NCBI GenBank assembly: GCA_004297205.1
Contig: SCUL01000002.1
Location: 594,893 to 658,892 of the forward strand
Direction: 5' to 3'
Length of the DNA stretch: 64,000 nt
Origin: Patescibacteria group bacterium
GTDB taxonomy: Bacteria; Patescibacteriota; Patescibacteriia; 2-12-FULL-57-11
A program made the position numbers and the translations under genes. Below, in pieces: positions 35,995 to 46,021 of this stretch (position 1 is the first letter of the stretch; every line of letters starts with the position of its first letter). The notes below the pieces were generated by a model. The model was not told the DNA's origin. It ran no database searches and worked only from the letters and a program-made list of their open reading frames with translations.

Positions 35995-38211
35995 TCAGCG
36001 TCCGCCGCGGAACGGGGGATGTCCGCCGCCGGCGCGCGGGGCCGGGCGCTTGGGCACCTCCACCGGTGCGTCCGGATTTTTGGCCTGGCGGATGGAGAGG
36101 TTGATGCGGCCCATGGAGTCGATCTCCACGACCTTCACCTCGACCTCCTGGCCGGGTTTGACGGCGTCCTCAACGCGTTCCACGCGGCCGTCGGTGAGCT
36201 CGCTGATGTGCACGAGTCCTTCCTGCTTGGGCAGGATCTCGACGAAGGCGCCGAAGGTCATGGTGCGGGTCACCGTTCCCTTGTAGATTTCGCCGACCTT
36301 CACCTCGCGCGTCAGCTGTTTCACCCAGTCCACGGCGCGCTGCATGTTGTCGGCGTTCTTCGAGGTGATCATGACGAGACCGGAATCCTCGATGTCGATC
36401 TGCACGCCGGTGGCGTCGATGATCTCGTTGATCTGCTTGCCGCCCGGGCCGATGACGTTGCGGATCAGCTCCGGGTTGATCATGAAGGAGACGATGCGCG
36501 GCGCGTACGGAGAGAAGTCCGGCCGCGGCTGACTGATCACCTTGTCCATGGCGTCCAAGACTTCCATGCGGCAGTCGCGGGCCTGGGACAGCGTCTTTTC
36601 GATCAGGTCGGAGGAAAGGCCGATCGTCTTCGTATCCAGCTGGATGGCGGTGATGCCGGCGCGGGTTCCGGAAATCTTGAAGTCCATGCCGCCTTTGCCA
36701 TCCTCGAGGTCCTGGAGGTCGGTCAGGACCTTCCACTTGGACATGTCGGGGATGGAAGCGAGGCCCATGGCCACGCCCGCAACCTGGGCCGGGATCGGCA
36801 CGCCGGCGTCCATGAGCGCGAGCGACGAGCCGCAGATCGAGGCTTGCGAGGACGAACCGTTCGAGCCGAGCACTTCGGACACGACGCGGATGGTGTAGGG
36901 GAACTTCTCCTTGTCCTGCGGGACGACCGGCATGAGGGCGCGTTCCGCGAGCGCTCCGTGGCCGATTTCGCGGCGGCCCGGACCGCGGTTGGGGCCGGTT
37001 TCACCGACGCTGTAGGCCGGGAAGTCGTAGTGGTGCATGTAGCGCTTCTTGCCGACGTCTTCCATGCCGTCCATGGTCTGCTCGTCGCCGGGGGAGCCGA
37101 GGGTCAGCACGGACAGCACCTGCGTCTCCCCGCGGGAGAACAGCGCCGAACCGTGGGCGCGCGGCAGCACGCCGACTTCAACGGACAGCGGGCGGACTTC
37201 CGTGATCTTGCGGCCGTCGACGCGCTTGTCTTCCTCCAGAATGGCGCGCGTCACTTCGGCCTCGACCCAGGAGTCGACCTTGCTGACGATCCCCTCGATG
37301 CGGTCCTTGTCCGCGCCCTGTTCGGCGAGGTGCGCCTTGAGCACGTCATGGAGTTTGTCGAGCGCATCAAGCCGCTCACCCTTGGTGATGAGCGGGCCGG
37401 TGAAGAGCGCTTCACGGATTTTGGGCAGGAGCCAGGCGCGGGCTTCGTCGCGTGCCGAAGCGAGCTCGTCCTCGGCCTTCATTTTTTCCTCACCGAGCAA
37501 GGAAACGAGCGTGGCCTTGGGGCGGCCGGCCTTGGCGCGGACGTCGTCCAAAAACTTCGTGACCTCGCGCAGGTGCTTTTGGCCGAAGGCGATGGCCTCG
37601 AGCATGTCCTTTTCCGGGACCTGCTGGGCGTTGGCTTCGATCATCAAGACGCGTTCGCTGGTGCCGGCCACGATCAGATCCATGTCGCTCTTCAGCTTGG
37701 CCTCGAAGGTCGGGTTGATGACCCACTGGCCGTCGATGCGGCCGACCCGGATGCCGCCGATCGGGCCGGTCCAGGGGATGTCGGAAATGGTCAGCGCGGC
37801 CGAAGCGGCGATGAGACCGACGATGTCGGAGTCGTTCTCGAGGTCGGCGGACAGCACCGTCGTCCAGACCTGGATGTCGTTCCTAATGCGGTCCTCAAAG
37901 AGCGGCCGGATCGAGCGGTCGATCATGCGGCCGGTGACGACGGCTTCGTCCGTCGGGCGGCCTTCGCGCTTGATGAAGCGCGAGCTCTTGATTTTGCCGG
38001 CGGCGTAGAGCTTCTCTTCGAAGTCGACCATCAGCGGGAAGAAGCTGATGCCCGAGCGCTGGCCGCCCATGGTGGCGCAGCCCAAGACCACGGTGTCGCC
38101 GTAGCGCACCAGGCAGGAGCCGTTGGCCTGCTTGGCGACTTTGCCGGTCGTGATCGAAAGGGTCCGGCCGCCCCACTGCATTTCGAACGTCTGCGGTGCT
38201 GAATATGGCAT
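35995..38211 (-). CDS. pnp: Polyribonucleotide nucleotidyltransferase
   Basis: KREGRP, RGETQ, RREIGHGALA, SNGSSS, MDFKISGT, KH (IGPGGK) and S1 domains. Confidence 0.97.
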   Translation of the reverse strand: MPYSAPQTFEMQWGGRTLSITTGKVAKQANGSCLVRYGDTVVLGCATMGGQRSGISFFPLMVDFEEKLYAAGKIKSSRFIKREGRPTDEAVVTGRMIDRSIRPLFEDRIRNDIQVWTTVLSADLENDSDIVGLIAASAALTISDIPWTGPIGGIRVGRIDGQWVINPTFEAKLKSDMDLIVAGTSERVLMIEANAQQVPEKDMLEAIAFGQKHLREVTKFLDDVRAKAGRPKATLVSLLGEEKMKAEDELASARDEARAWLLPKIREALFTGPLITKGERLDALDKLHDVLKAHLAEQGADKDRIEGIVSKVDSWVEAEVTRAILEEDKRVDGRKITEVRPLSVEVGVLPRAHGSALFSRGETQVLSVLTLGSPGDEQTMDGMEDVGKKRYMHHYDFPAYSVGETGPNRGPGRREIGHGALAERALMPVVPQDKEKFPYTIRVVSEVLGSNGSSSQASICGSSLALMDAGVPIPAQVAGVAMGLASIPDMSKWKVLTDLQDLEDGKGGMDFKISGTRAGITAIQLDTKTIGLSSDLIEKTLSQARDCRMEVLDAMDKVISQPRPDFSPYAPRIVSFMINPELIRNVIGPGGKQINEIIDATGVQIDIEDSGLVMITSKNADNMQRAVDWVKQLTREVKVGEIYKGTVTRTMTFGAFVEILPKQEGLVHISELTDGRVERVEDAVKPGQEVEVKVVEIDSMGRINLSIRQAKNPDAPVEVPKRPAPRAGGGHPPFRGGR

Positions 38212-38319
38212 ATCGCGCGATGCGGTCGCGCGCAGACGTGAGATCTCAGGATCTCCGTGTCTGCGTACGACCCGGGGTTTTCTGCGGGGCACGTCGTGCG
38301 CGCCCCGCGGTAAGTGAGT

Positions 38320-38931
38320 TTAAACGGGAATTTTCTTGCCGCCGCGGATGATCGCCCCATGGCTGCCGTCCGTGCCGGCGTCGTCCGGCGGTTCCTCGCT
38401 CTTCGCCGGCGGGCGCCGGCCCCGTCCGCTGCCGTCGCGGATGAGATAGGCGTCCTGATCGGCCGAGAGGTCGGTGTAGACGTCGGCGCTCTCCACGAGC
38501 TTGGTCGAGCTCGATTCGCGGAACGAGACGACCTCCACCTGGCGGCCCTGGTTGCGCAGGTACTCGACGAGCGGGACGAAGTCGCCGTCGCCCGAGGCGA
38601 TGATCACGACGTCCAAGTTGGCGCTGATGCGGATGGCGTCAACGACGATGCCGACGTCCCAGTCGGCCTTCTTGGCACCGCCGATGAATTCCTGAATTTC
38701 CTTTTCCTTATACTCGATGCCCTGGTGGTAGAGCGCTTCAAAGAACGGTTTTTCCTCGCCGGTCTTGGTGCGTACCACGTAGGCGATGGCGCGGATGAGC
38801 TGGCGGCCTTCGACCGCCTTCTTCACCACTTCGCCGAAGTTCACTTTGGCACCGTACAAGTTACGGGCCGAGTAGTACATGTTTTGGACGTCGATGAAGA
38901 CGCCCACGCGTTGATTCGGATGCTTGATCAT
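38320..38931 (-). CDS. NYN/LabA (DUF88) PIN-like nuclease domain protein
   Basis: VFIDVQN, KADWDVGIVVD, SGDGDFVP. Confidence 0.9.
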   Translation of the reverse strand: MIKHPNQRVGVFIDVQNMYYSARNLYGAKVNFGEVVKKAVEGRQLIRAIAYVVRTKTGEEKPFFEALYHQGIEYKEKEIQEFIGGAKKADWDVGIVVDAIRISANLDVVIIASGDGDFVPLVEYLRNQGRQVEVVSFRESSSTKLVESADVYTDLSADQDAYLIRDGSGRGRRPPAKSEEPPDDAGTDGSHGAIIRGGKKIPV

Positions 38932-38988
38932 AAAAAACGGAAAACGGTTGAAAAATCGCACGACCCCGCCATGGCGGGGTCGCCCTTT

Positions 38989-39252
38989 TTACCTCAGTTT
39001 GAGCTTCTCGGCCAAGTCGGCATAGCCCTTGGCGTCTTCGCGCTCCAGGTAGCGGAGCAGCCGATGACGTTCGCCGACCTTCTTGAGCAGACCGCGGCGG
39101 GAGCTGTGGTCCTTCTTGTGGTCCTTCAGGTGGCCGGAGAGTTCCTCGATCTCCGCCGAAAGGATGGCGATTTGGACCTGCGGCGAGCCAGTGTCCTTGG
39201 CGTGCGTCTTGTACTTCTCGATGATCTTCTCTTTCTTGGCTTTGTCCAACAT
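38989..39252 (-). CDS. rpsO: 30S ribosomal protein S15
   Basis: [28 protein letters not shown]. Confidence 0.97.
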   Translation of the reverse strand: MLDKAKKEKIIEKYKTHAKDTGSPQVQIAILSAEIEELSGHLKDHKKDHSSRRGLLKKVGERHRLLRYLEREDAKGYADLAEKLKLR

Positions 39253-39389
39253 GGGGATGATCCGGGGACGCCCAGCAATCGCCAAGCGGCCCTAAAGAAT
39301 GAACGGCCGCAGCATAGCAGGGGAGGCGCCCATCGTCAACCCTCGCTGCAGGGCGGTATCTGTCGTACAATATCCATTGTCCCGACTCT

Positions 39390-40367
39390 ATGGCAGTACC
39401 GAACATCCGCACCTTGCTCGAGCAGTTCCTCGACCACCTGGAGATCGAGAAGAACCGTTCCTTGCGCACCCGCACCAACTACCAGTTTTACCTGGCGCGT
39501 TTCTTTGATTGGGCCAAGAGTCAGAACGCCAACAAAGACGTGACACCCGCCGGCATCTCCGACGAGTTGGTGCGCGAATTCCGTCTCTGGCTGAACCGCG
39601 TCAAGAACGGCCGCGGTGAAGAGCTCAAAAAGAACACCCAAAATTACCACCTCATCGCCCTGCGCGCTTTCCTGAAGTACCTCGCGAAGCGCGACGTAAA
39701 ATCCTTGCCTGCCGAAAAGATCGAGCTCGGCAAAATGCCGGAGCGCATGGTGGCCTTTCTCGAAGCCACCGACCTGGAGCGTCTCTTGGCGGCGCCGCTC
39801 AAAGACGGCTCGGAGGGGAAGGCCGATGTCATCCGTCTGCGCGACAAGGCCATTCTTGAATTGCTGTTCTCGACCGGGCTGCGCGTCTCGGAATTGGCCG
39901 GCCTCCAGAAAGAGGAGCTCCACCTCGACCGCGACGAGTTCTCGGTGCGCGGCAAAGGCCGCAAAGTCCGCATCGTCTTCCTGTCCGAGCAGGCCAAGTA
40001 TTGGATCAAGCAGTACCTGGAGAAGCGCCGCGACGTTTCGCCGTTCCTGTTCGTAGCCCACGACCGCGCCCAGAAGGGGCGGGACGACGTGGACGCCTCG
40101 GGACTCACGCCGCGCTCCGTGGAGCGGCTCGTGGAGCGCTACAGCCGTGCCGCCGGCATCCCGAAGCACATCACGCCGCATTCGCTCCGCCACACCTTCG
40201 CTACCGACCTGCTCATGAACGGCGCCGACATCCGTTCCGTGCAGACGCTCTTGGGCCACGCTTCGATCACCACGACCCAGATCTACACCCACATCACCAA
40301 CCAGCAGCTCAAGGAAGTGCATCAGGCCTTTCATGCCGCCAGACGCGGGAAGAAGGGGAAGGGTTGA
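39390..40367 (+). CDS. xerC: XerC/XerD-like tyrosine recombinase
   Basis: RDKAILELLFSTGLRVSEL, GKGRK, PHSLRHTFAT, LLGH, TTQIY. Confidence 0.85.
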   Translation: MAVPNIRTLLEQFLDHLEIEKNRSLRTRTNYQFYLARFFDWAKSQNANKDVTPAGISDELVREFRLWLNRVKNGRGEELKKNTQNYHLIALRAFLKYLAKRDVKSLPAEKIELGKMPERMVAFLEATDLERLLAAPLKDGSEGKADVIRLRDKAILELLFSTGLRVSELAGLQKEELHLDRDEFSVRGKGRKVRIVFLSEQAKYWIKQYLEKRRDVSPFLFVAHDRAQKGRDDVDASGLTPRSVERLVERYSRAAGIPKHITPHSLRHTFATDLLMNGADIRSVQTLLGHASITTTQIYTHITNQQLKEVHQAFHAARRGKKGKG

Positions 40368-40409
40368 CGCGGCGGCCGTTTTCCTGTATAAGGCAGTCGG
40401 AGGCTGTGA

Positions 40410-40787
40410 ATGAAGATCCAGTGGTTGGTTCTCGCCGTTGTCTGGATGGCGTGTGGTGCAGGATGCGACTGGTCGCCACGTGCTCCGACCCCGTCGCCGA
40501 CGGCTGTGACGGCCCCCGAGCCGCCCGACGCCGATCGGATGTACCAAATCGTCCAACCGATTCCGTCGGAGGAGGGCGACGGAGTCCAGGCCGTCGTTTC
40601 CGTGACGGTCGGGCACCACAGTGTGCAATACGGGGACAGGGACCTGACTCGGATGTTCGTCTATCGGGACGAGGAACGTCGTACTACCTGCTACGTCGCT
40701 GTCGAGAGTACGCACAGCCACACCGGCGTCTCGTGCGTTCCCGACGCGACGCGCCTTGCGGCGGAGACCGATTCGAGCGGACGCTGA
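40410..40787 (+). CDS. Putative lipoprotein
   Basis: Signal ending CGAGC; TTGACG-17-TATAAG promoter and GGAGG SD. Confidence 0.6.
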   Translation: MKIQWLVLAVVWMACGAGCDWSPRAPTPSPTAVTAPEPPDADRMYQIVQPIPSEEGDGVQAVVSVTVGHHSVQYGDRDLTRMFVYRDEERRTTCYVAVESTHSHTGVSCVPDATRLAAETDSSGR

Positions 40788-40838
40788 TTGCAGCGTCGCT
40801 CTCTTTTTTTTCGCTCCTTTGTTATATTGCGCTCGCGT

Positions 40839-40915
40839 GCCCCGGTAGCTCAACCGGATAGAGCAACTCGTTTCTACCGAGAAGGTTGGGGGTTCGACTC
40901 CCTCCCGGGGCACCA
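40839..40915 (+). tRNA. tRNA-Arg(TCT)
   Basis: GCCCCGG...CCGGGGC-ACCA, anticodon loop TT-TCT-AC, TTCGACT T-loop. Confidence 0.92.
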
Positions 40916-40943
40916 CATCGTTTGCTACTTGTCTTTCGATCGC

Positions 40944-41828
40944 ATGGCGCTCCTCTTCGTTGGGCTCATGCTTGGCGGCACGTTTGCCCTCGGGGCGAGC
41001 GATGTCCTCAAGAAGAAATACCTAAAAGACGGTCTCGATGATCAGGCCTTGCTTACGATCACGTTGTTCTTGACAGGCGTTCTGCCGGTGCCGGTGCTGC
41101 TGATCGTCGGGATTCCAGAAATCAAAGAGGGATTTTGGCTTGCGGCCGCCACGACGATCCTGTTGAACGTCATTTCGCAGAATTTGTTCATCCGCGCTTT
41201 CAAATTGAGCGATGCGTCGCTCGTCGCACCCCTGCGTCTCATCATCCCCCCGCTGGTCATCGTCACGGGTTTCGTGTTTTTGCGCGAGACGCCTTCCCTC
41301 ATCGGGACGGTCGGCATTTTCGTGACGATGGTCGGCCTGTGGTTCCTTCTGGGCGGCAGGAAAAAAGACGGACAGCCTGTCCACCAGGTCTGGTTGAAGG
41401 ATCGCGGTGTCGCGTACGGTCTGGCCGGTTCCCTCCTGTTCGCGATCTCTTTTCCGTTCGACAAGATCACCGTGGTGACGTCTTCGGCGATCTTTGCGAC
41501 TTGTTCGGTGTTTAGCGTGCTCGGTCTTTGCACGTTCGCGATCAACGTCGTCCGGGACCGGACGTTTGCGCGGAAAGTGTTCCTGTCCTGCACGCAGCAC
41601 CTTACGGCGAATGTCATGGTCTCGGTTTTCAGCGCGGTCGGCATCGTGATGACGAACCAGGCCTTGAACTATTCTCTGGTGGCATATGCGTCGAGCCTGA
41701 AGCGGCTTCAGGCGCTCTGGACGGTGATCATCGCCGGGAAGTTCCTCCAGGAAAAAGAAATGAAACGGCGGGTGATCGCGACGGTCATCATGTTCCTCGG
41801 CATTCTTCTTTCCGTTTTTTGGAAATGA
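40944..41828 (+). CDS. EamA/DMT family transporter
   Basis: About 10 TM helices; RAFKLSDASLVAPL, FLRET, FLQEK. Confidence 0.88.
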   Translation: MALLFVGLMLGGTFALGASDVLKKKYLKDGLDDQALLTITLFLTGVLPVPVLLIVGIPEIKEGFWLAAATTILLNVISQNLFIRAFKLSDASLVAPLRLIIPPLVIVTGFVFLRETPSLIGTVGIFVTMVGLWFLLGGRKKDGQPVHQVWLKDRGVAYGLAGSLLFAISFPFDKITVVTSSAIFATCSVFSVLGLCTFAINVVRDRTFARKVFLSCTQHLTANVMVSVFSAVGIVMTNQALNYSLVAYASSLKRLQALWTVIIAGKFLQEKEMKRRVIATVIMFLGILLSVFWK

Positions 41829-41875
41829 AATGAAAACGCCCCCGCCTTGGCGGGGGCGTTTTTGTTCTGCGAAAG

Positions 41876-42589
41876 TTATTCCGTGACGCGGAACGTGGCG
41901 ATGATCGTGTCGAGCTGCGCCTGATATTCATCCAGAATGAACAGGGAGCGGCCGCTCGCGAAGCTCAGCACCAGTTCCTTCTTGGCAAAGGCGTCGGCGC
42001 AGACCGGATCGGTGTCCATGCACGTAGCAGGGTTGTGCGTAACTTTTCGGAAGATGATGGCCACGGTGCGGCTGCCAATATTCGTGGTGTAGATGTCCAC
42101 GTGGCCGAACCCGTCAGCAAAGGGGTTTCCCAGGCTGGCGTGGCAGAACTCGCGACCGCCGACCGAGACATACTCCTCGGTGTCCCCTTGCCGTCCGGGC
42201 ATCGACGCAAAAATGATCGAGTAGCAACCGCCCTGGAGGTACTCCTGTCGGAGGAGCGTAGCGGTGTCGATGAGTTTCACTTCCCACTCCGGCGCGTATT
42301 TCCCCTTGGTCGGTGTCTGGAAGGAGAAGCCGAGCGCTTTGTTCGTGTAGGTCTTCCAGGTGCCGTCGATGCCGCTTGCGGCGGGCAGAGTACGGACGCC
42401 GGATGCCGGTGTCGGCACGTTCACGTTCACGTTCGCGGTAGTTGGCGCGTTGGTGTTAGTCGTTGCGGCTGGAATATTGGCCGCCGGACGGTTGGCGGTC
42501 GCTGTGTTTGCGGCGGGTGCTGCAGCGCGGTTGCAACCGGCACCGACGAGGAGCAGGCCGGCGAGAGCAAATGAAAGAGGGGTGCGCAT
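41876..42589 (-). CDS. Putative lipoprotein with Asn/Thr/Ala linker
   Basis: LLLVGAGC lipobox; WKTYTNKALGFSFQTP ... LDTIIATFRV (PsbP-like). Confidence 0.75.
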   Translation of the reverse strand: MRTPLSFALAGLLLVGAGCNRAAAPAANTATANRPAANIPAATTNTNAPTTANVNVNVPTPASGVRTLPAASGIDGTWKTYTNKALGFSFQTPTKGKYAPEWEVKLIDTATLLRQEYLQGGCYSIIFASMPGRQGDTEEYVSVGGREFCHASLGNPFADGFGHVDIYTTNIGSRTVAIIFRKVTHNPATCMDTDPVCADAFAKKELVLSFASGRSLFILDEYQAQLDTIIATFRVTE

Positions 42590-42718
42590 ATGCCCCCAGA
42601 ATATCGCATCGCGGCGGTTTGGCAACCGTTCCCGTTCTATCCCCTTGACGGTCTGCGCCGGCTGCGATATACCGTGAGCCATCGGCCCAAAAGAAAAGCC
42701 GCAAACGACTTGTGACCT

Positions 42719-43147
42719 ATGCGCGAAGAAGCAGAAGCATCCTTGGATGAAATCTTCTCCGATGCGGGCGTCGCCGAAGACGACGAGCTCCGCGATCGGG
42801 CCCAGCGGGTGGTTGATATGCTCCCCGAGTATATTGACCAGGAGGACATCGATGGGTTCGTCTCCTTCATCCGCGAAGAGACCTCGGCCTACGGCAACGA
42901 GCGCGCGCTGATTGCCGGCGTGCTCGACCTGCTGCTCGCTCAAGGCGACGTCACGCCGGAGTTCGTGAAGAGCATCAACGCCTTCTTCGAACAGGAGCTG
43001 GCCGTCGCCGCCAAAGAGGCAAGCGATGAAGACGAGGAAGAGTTGGAAGACGAAGACGATGAGGACGACGATGAAGAGGACGAGGAAGAGGAAAAGGCGA
43101 TCGCGGGAGAAGTGCCCGCGCTCGACCTCGGCGCCGAAGCGGCGTAA
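42719..43147 (+). CDS. Highly acidic hypothetical protein
   Basis: Very D/E-rich with a poly-D/E tract. Confidence 0.7.
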   Translation: MREEAEASLDEIFSDAGVAEDDELRDRAQRVVDMLPEYIDQEDIDGFVSFIREETSAYGNERALIAGVLDLLLAQGDVTPEFVKSINAFFEQELAVAAKEASDEDEEELEDEDDEDDDEEDEEEEKAIAGEVPALDLGAEAA

Positions 43148-43182
43148 CGGACAATCAGAGCCCCGCCACGGCGGGGCTTTAC

Positions 43183-43258
43183 GGTGGCCATGGTGTAACG
43201 GTTAGCACAGAAGCTTGTGGAGCTTTTAGCGAGGGTTCGATTCCCTCTGGCCACCCCA
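43183..43258 (+). tRNA. tRNA-His(GTG)
   Basis: G-1, GTGGCCA/TGGCCAC, C73, anticodon GTG. Confidence 0.95.
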
Positions 43259-43419
43259 GAGAAAAGCACTCCTCATCGAGGGGTGTTTTTCTCTTTGATG
43301 GGCGGGAATCGAACAGAGGGGGGTCGGGGGAGAACGTCTCCCCCGTGGAGGAAGCCTTGAAACCGAAAGGTTTCAAAAGCGAACGAAGTGAGCGCGTGAG
43401 ATTCCCTCTGGCCACCCCA
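43239..43419 (+). repeat. 20-bp duplication of the tRNA-His 3' end flanking a ~140-bp structured element
   Basis: GATTCCCTCTGGCCACCCCA at 43239-43258 and 43400-43419. Confidence 0.88.
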
Positions 43420-43496
43420 CAAAAACACGACCCATACGGGTCGTGTTTTTGTGTCGCTGGACGGGCAGGGCATGCGTCTCTACCATGGTTCTCGTT

Positions 43497-44156
43497 ATGC
43501 ATGCACAACCAGACCGGCACGCCGCTTTTGAATCTCAAAGGCAACGGCTTGAGGAGCGAAAAGCCGGATCGCCTCGGTATGAATCCGTGTGCGGTACGGA
43601 GTTCCTCGTCCTTCCCGGCGTATACGACACCAGCGTCGACACTGAGCTCATGGCAGAGAGTGTCGTCATCAGCGCGACCGATCGGTTCTTGGAGATCGGG
43701 TGCGGGTGCGGCGCCGTCAGTCTGCTGTTGGCGCCGCGCTGCGCGGGCGGGGTTGCCACGGACATCAACCCTTTGGCCGTGCGCAATGCGGAAGCGAATG
43801 CCGAGCGGCTTGGCGTCCGGAGCGTGGGGTTCGTTCGTGGAGATGGGTATGCGGGAGTCATGGAAAAGTTTGATGTGCTCCTTTGCAACCCGCCGTACAG
43901 CGACAATCCTGTGCGCGACGAGATCGAACGGATGTTCTGGGATCCGTCCGACCATCTCAAACGGATGTTCTTCGAAGGTGCGCGAGCACATCTCCTCCCA
44001 GGAGGTCGCGTGTATTTCGGATGGGCGGATTTCGCGGATATCGATGCGGACCTGCCGCTACGGCTTGCCGAGCAGAACGGTTTTTCGCTGCGCAGGACAC
44101 ATGAGCGACGTTCACGCAGCGGAAGGCATCAGTTCCTCGTACTGGAGTTCGCATAA
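43497..44156 (+). CDS. Class I SAM-dependent methyltransferase (HemK/PrmC-like)
   Basis: FLEIGCGCG, ATDINPLAV, FDVLLCNPPY. Confidence 0.85.
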   Translation: MHAQPDRHAAFESQRQRLEERKAGSPRYESVCGTEFLVLPGVYDTSVDTELMAESVVISATDRFLEIGCGCGAVSLLLAPRCAGGVATDINPLAVRNAEANAERLGVRSVGFVRGDGYAGVMEKFDVLLCNPPYSDNPVRDEIERMFWDPSDHLKRMFFEGARAHLLPGGRVYFGWADFADIDADLPLRLAEQNGFSLRRTHERRSRSGRHQFLVLEFA

Positions 44157-44269
44157 TCGGCTGCCTCAGCAAGAACCGACCTTTGCATGGGTCGGTTTTT
44201 GGTTGTCCACGTGGCTCCTCCCGGTTGACTTTGCGGTTCGTTTCTGTTAGATCAGGAAGAGGAGGAGCG

Positions 44270-44794
44270 ATGACGTGGTTCGTGCTTCTGTCGGGTGCGG
44301 TGGTGTTGGCGCTGGGTTCGCTGCTCAGGGCGGTATACAACCGCCCGGACCGCAAGCTGCGGCGCGAGATTCGACGGGCCGCCTGGGACATCCGTGAAAA
44401 AGTCGAGGCGATCGAAGGCGAGGAAGAGGAGTTGCGGTATCTGTTGAGCGACGCGTTCCTCGATAAGGTTCGCAGCGGCAGTATCGCGGACCAGTTCGAG
44501 AGAGTTTCACGTCCGGAGAATGACGATGAGGCTGCCCGCGAGCGGCAAAAGTTCGTGGACGGAGCACGAGCGCAGCTGAAGCTGTACCGTTTCCAACTGA
44601 AGGGAATGGTGGGTACCTCGAAGCGTCTCCTTACGCGGTATCATGCCCAATGCCGCGTCTCCTCGGTCGTCGACGGCTACCGCGGTGCACCCGCATTCCC
44701 GAGGGTTCGCGTCGAGCCGGCCGTTGAGGAGGTTGAGGAGATGGAGGGGCTGCTCGACCGTATCGAGCGCAAGGAGTTGGCCGCCGATTCCTGA
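44270..44794 (+). CDS. Hypothetical membrane-anchored coiled-coil protein
   Basis: TTGACT-17-TAGATC promoter, GGAGGAG SD, N-terminal TM helix. Confidence 0.7.
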   Translation: MTWFVLLSGAVVLALGSLLRAVYNRPDRKLRREIRRAAWDIREKVEAIEGEEEELRYLLSDAFLDKVRSGSIADQFERVSRPENDDEAARERQKFVDGARAQLKLYRFQLKGMVGTSKRLLTRYHAQCRVSSVVDGYRGAPAFPRVRVEPAVEEVEEMEGLLDRIERKELAADS

Positions 44795-44877
44795 ACGCCG
44801 CGCAGCCTACGCTGCGGAGCCGCCGGCGGGGGGAGTCGGCGTTTTTCTTTTGCCGGCATGTTACGATACCTTCGCCT

Positions 44878-45993
44878 ATGAAACGTCTTCTCAAAGGATC
44901 CATCGTCGCGCTCGCGCTCTCCGTCGCCCTGCCGGCGTTTGCCGCCGACAATACCAAACCCGTCGTCGGCGCGCCGTCTCCGGATACCGCCGTCGTCGGC
45001 GCCGCCGTGAGCATCGCGGCCAGCGTCAACGACGCGGACTCGGGCATTGCCAACTGCAGCTTGTACATCGAATTTTTGAACGTCGGCGCCATGAACGTCT
45101 CCGGCGGCATCGCCAGCAAGACGTACGTCTTTGCCGAGCCGGGCGTGTACACCGTGTTCGTCTTCTGCAGGGACGTCGCCGGCAACTTTGCTTCCGGACC
45201 GAACACCTCGGTCCTCGTCAGCTTCGCGTCGGGAGGAGGAGGCGCCGTCCCGCTGTCCGTCGGAGCGATCGCTCCGACGTCCGCGACCGCCGGCATCTCC
45301 CTGACGTTGAGCGCGTCGGTGAGCAGTGCTCTGTTCAGCTGCACCCTCGTCGTCGAGGGGACGCAGCGGGGGGCGATGACGGTCTCCGCTGGTACGGCCA
45401 GCGTTTCGTATACCTTCGAGAACCCCGGCAGCTACGCCGTCCGCGCGCAGTGCGCCACGGTCGGCGGCACCATTGCCGACGGTCAGAGCACCGTCGTCTT
45501 GGTGGCGGCTCAGGTGGCGCCGTCCTTCGGTTCGCGCCTGATCAAGCTGGCCTGCCCGCCGAACGCCGCCGCTTTCGATTCTTGCCGCTCGGTCTATTAC
45601 CAGGGCGTCGACGGCAAACGCCACGCGTTTCCGAGCGACAAGGTGTACTTCAGCTGGTACGAGAATTTTGAGGGCATCCAGACCGTCGACGGCACCGCGC
45701 TGGCCGGGATTCCGCTGGGCACGAACGTCACCTACCGTCCGGGAGTGAAACTCGTGAAATTCGAAAGCGTCAGCAAGGTCTATGCCGTTTCCCGCGGTGG
45801 CGTCTTGCGGTGGATCACCAGCGAATCAGCCGCTCGCGAAGTGTACGGCAGCGATTGGGGCACGAAGGTCAACGACATCTCCGATGCATTCTTTGGGAAT
45901 TATTCCTTCGGTGCGGACATCACCGGGGCCAACGATTACTCGCCCGCGGCCGAGACGTCGGCCACGGCGACGATCGACGCCAACATCCGGTAA
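44878..45993 (+). CDS. Secreted protein: two Ig/PKD-like domains plus shared C-terminal surface domain
   Basis: Signal peptide (PAFA/AD), duplicated beta-rich units, KRHAFPSDKVYFSWY...NVTYRPG domain. Confidence 0.8.
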   Translation: MKRLLKGSIVALALSVALPAFAADNTKPVVGAPSPDTAVVGAAVSIAASVNDADSGIANCSLYIEFLNVGAMNVSGGIASKTYVFAEPGVYTVFVFCRDVAGNFASGPNTSVLVSFASGGGGAVPLSVGAIAPTSATAGISLTLSASVSSALFSCTLVVEGTQRGAMTVSAGTASVSYTFENPGSYAVRAQCATVGGTIADGQSTVVLVAAQVAPSFGSRLIKLACPPNAAAFDSCRSVYYQGVDGKRHAFPSDKVYFSWYENFEGIQTVDGTALAGIPLGTNVTYRPGVKLVKFESVSKVYAVSRGGVLRWITSESAAREVYGSDWGTKVNDISDAFFGNYSFGADITGANDYSPAAETSATATIDANIR

Positions 45994-46021
45994 CGGGTCG
46001 GAAAAAAAGAGCCTCATCCCA

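Noticed and set aside
38320-38931. NYN nuclease as a defence gene
   Set aside because: It sits inside the rpsO-pnp RNA-metabolism operon; housekeeping context
34930-40367. Integron (repeat as attC, recombinase as IntI)
   Set aside because: The repeat lacks attC R''/R' ends; the recombinase lacks the IntI-specific insertion and looks like the housekeeping Xer next to rpsO
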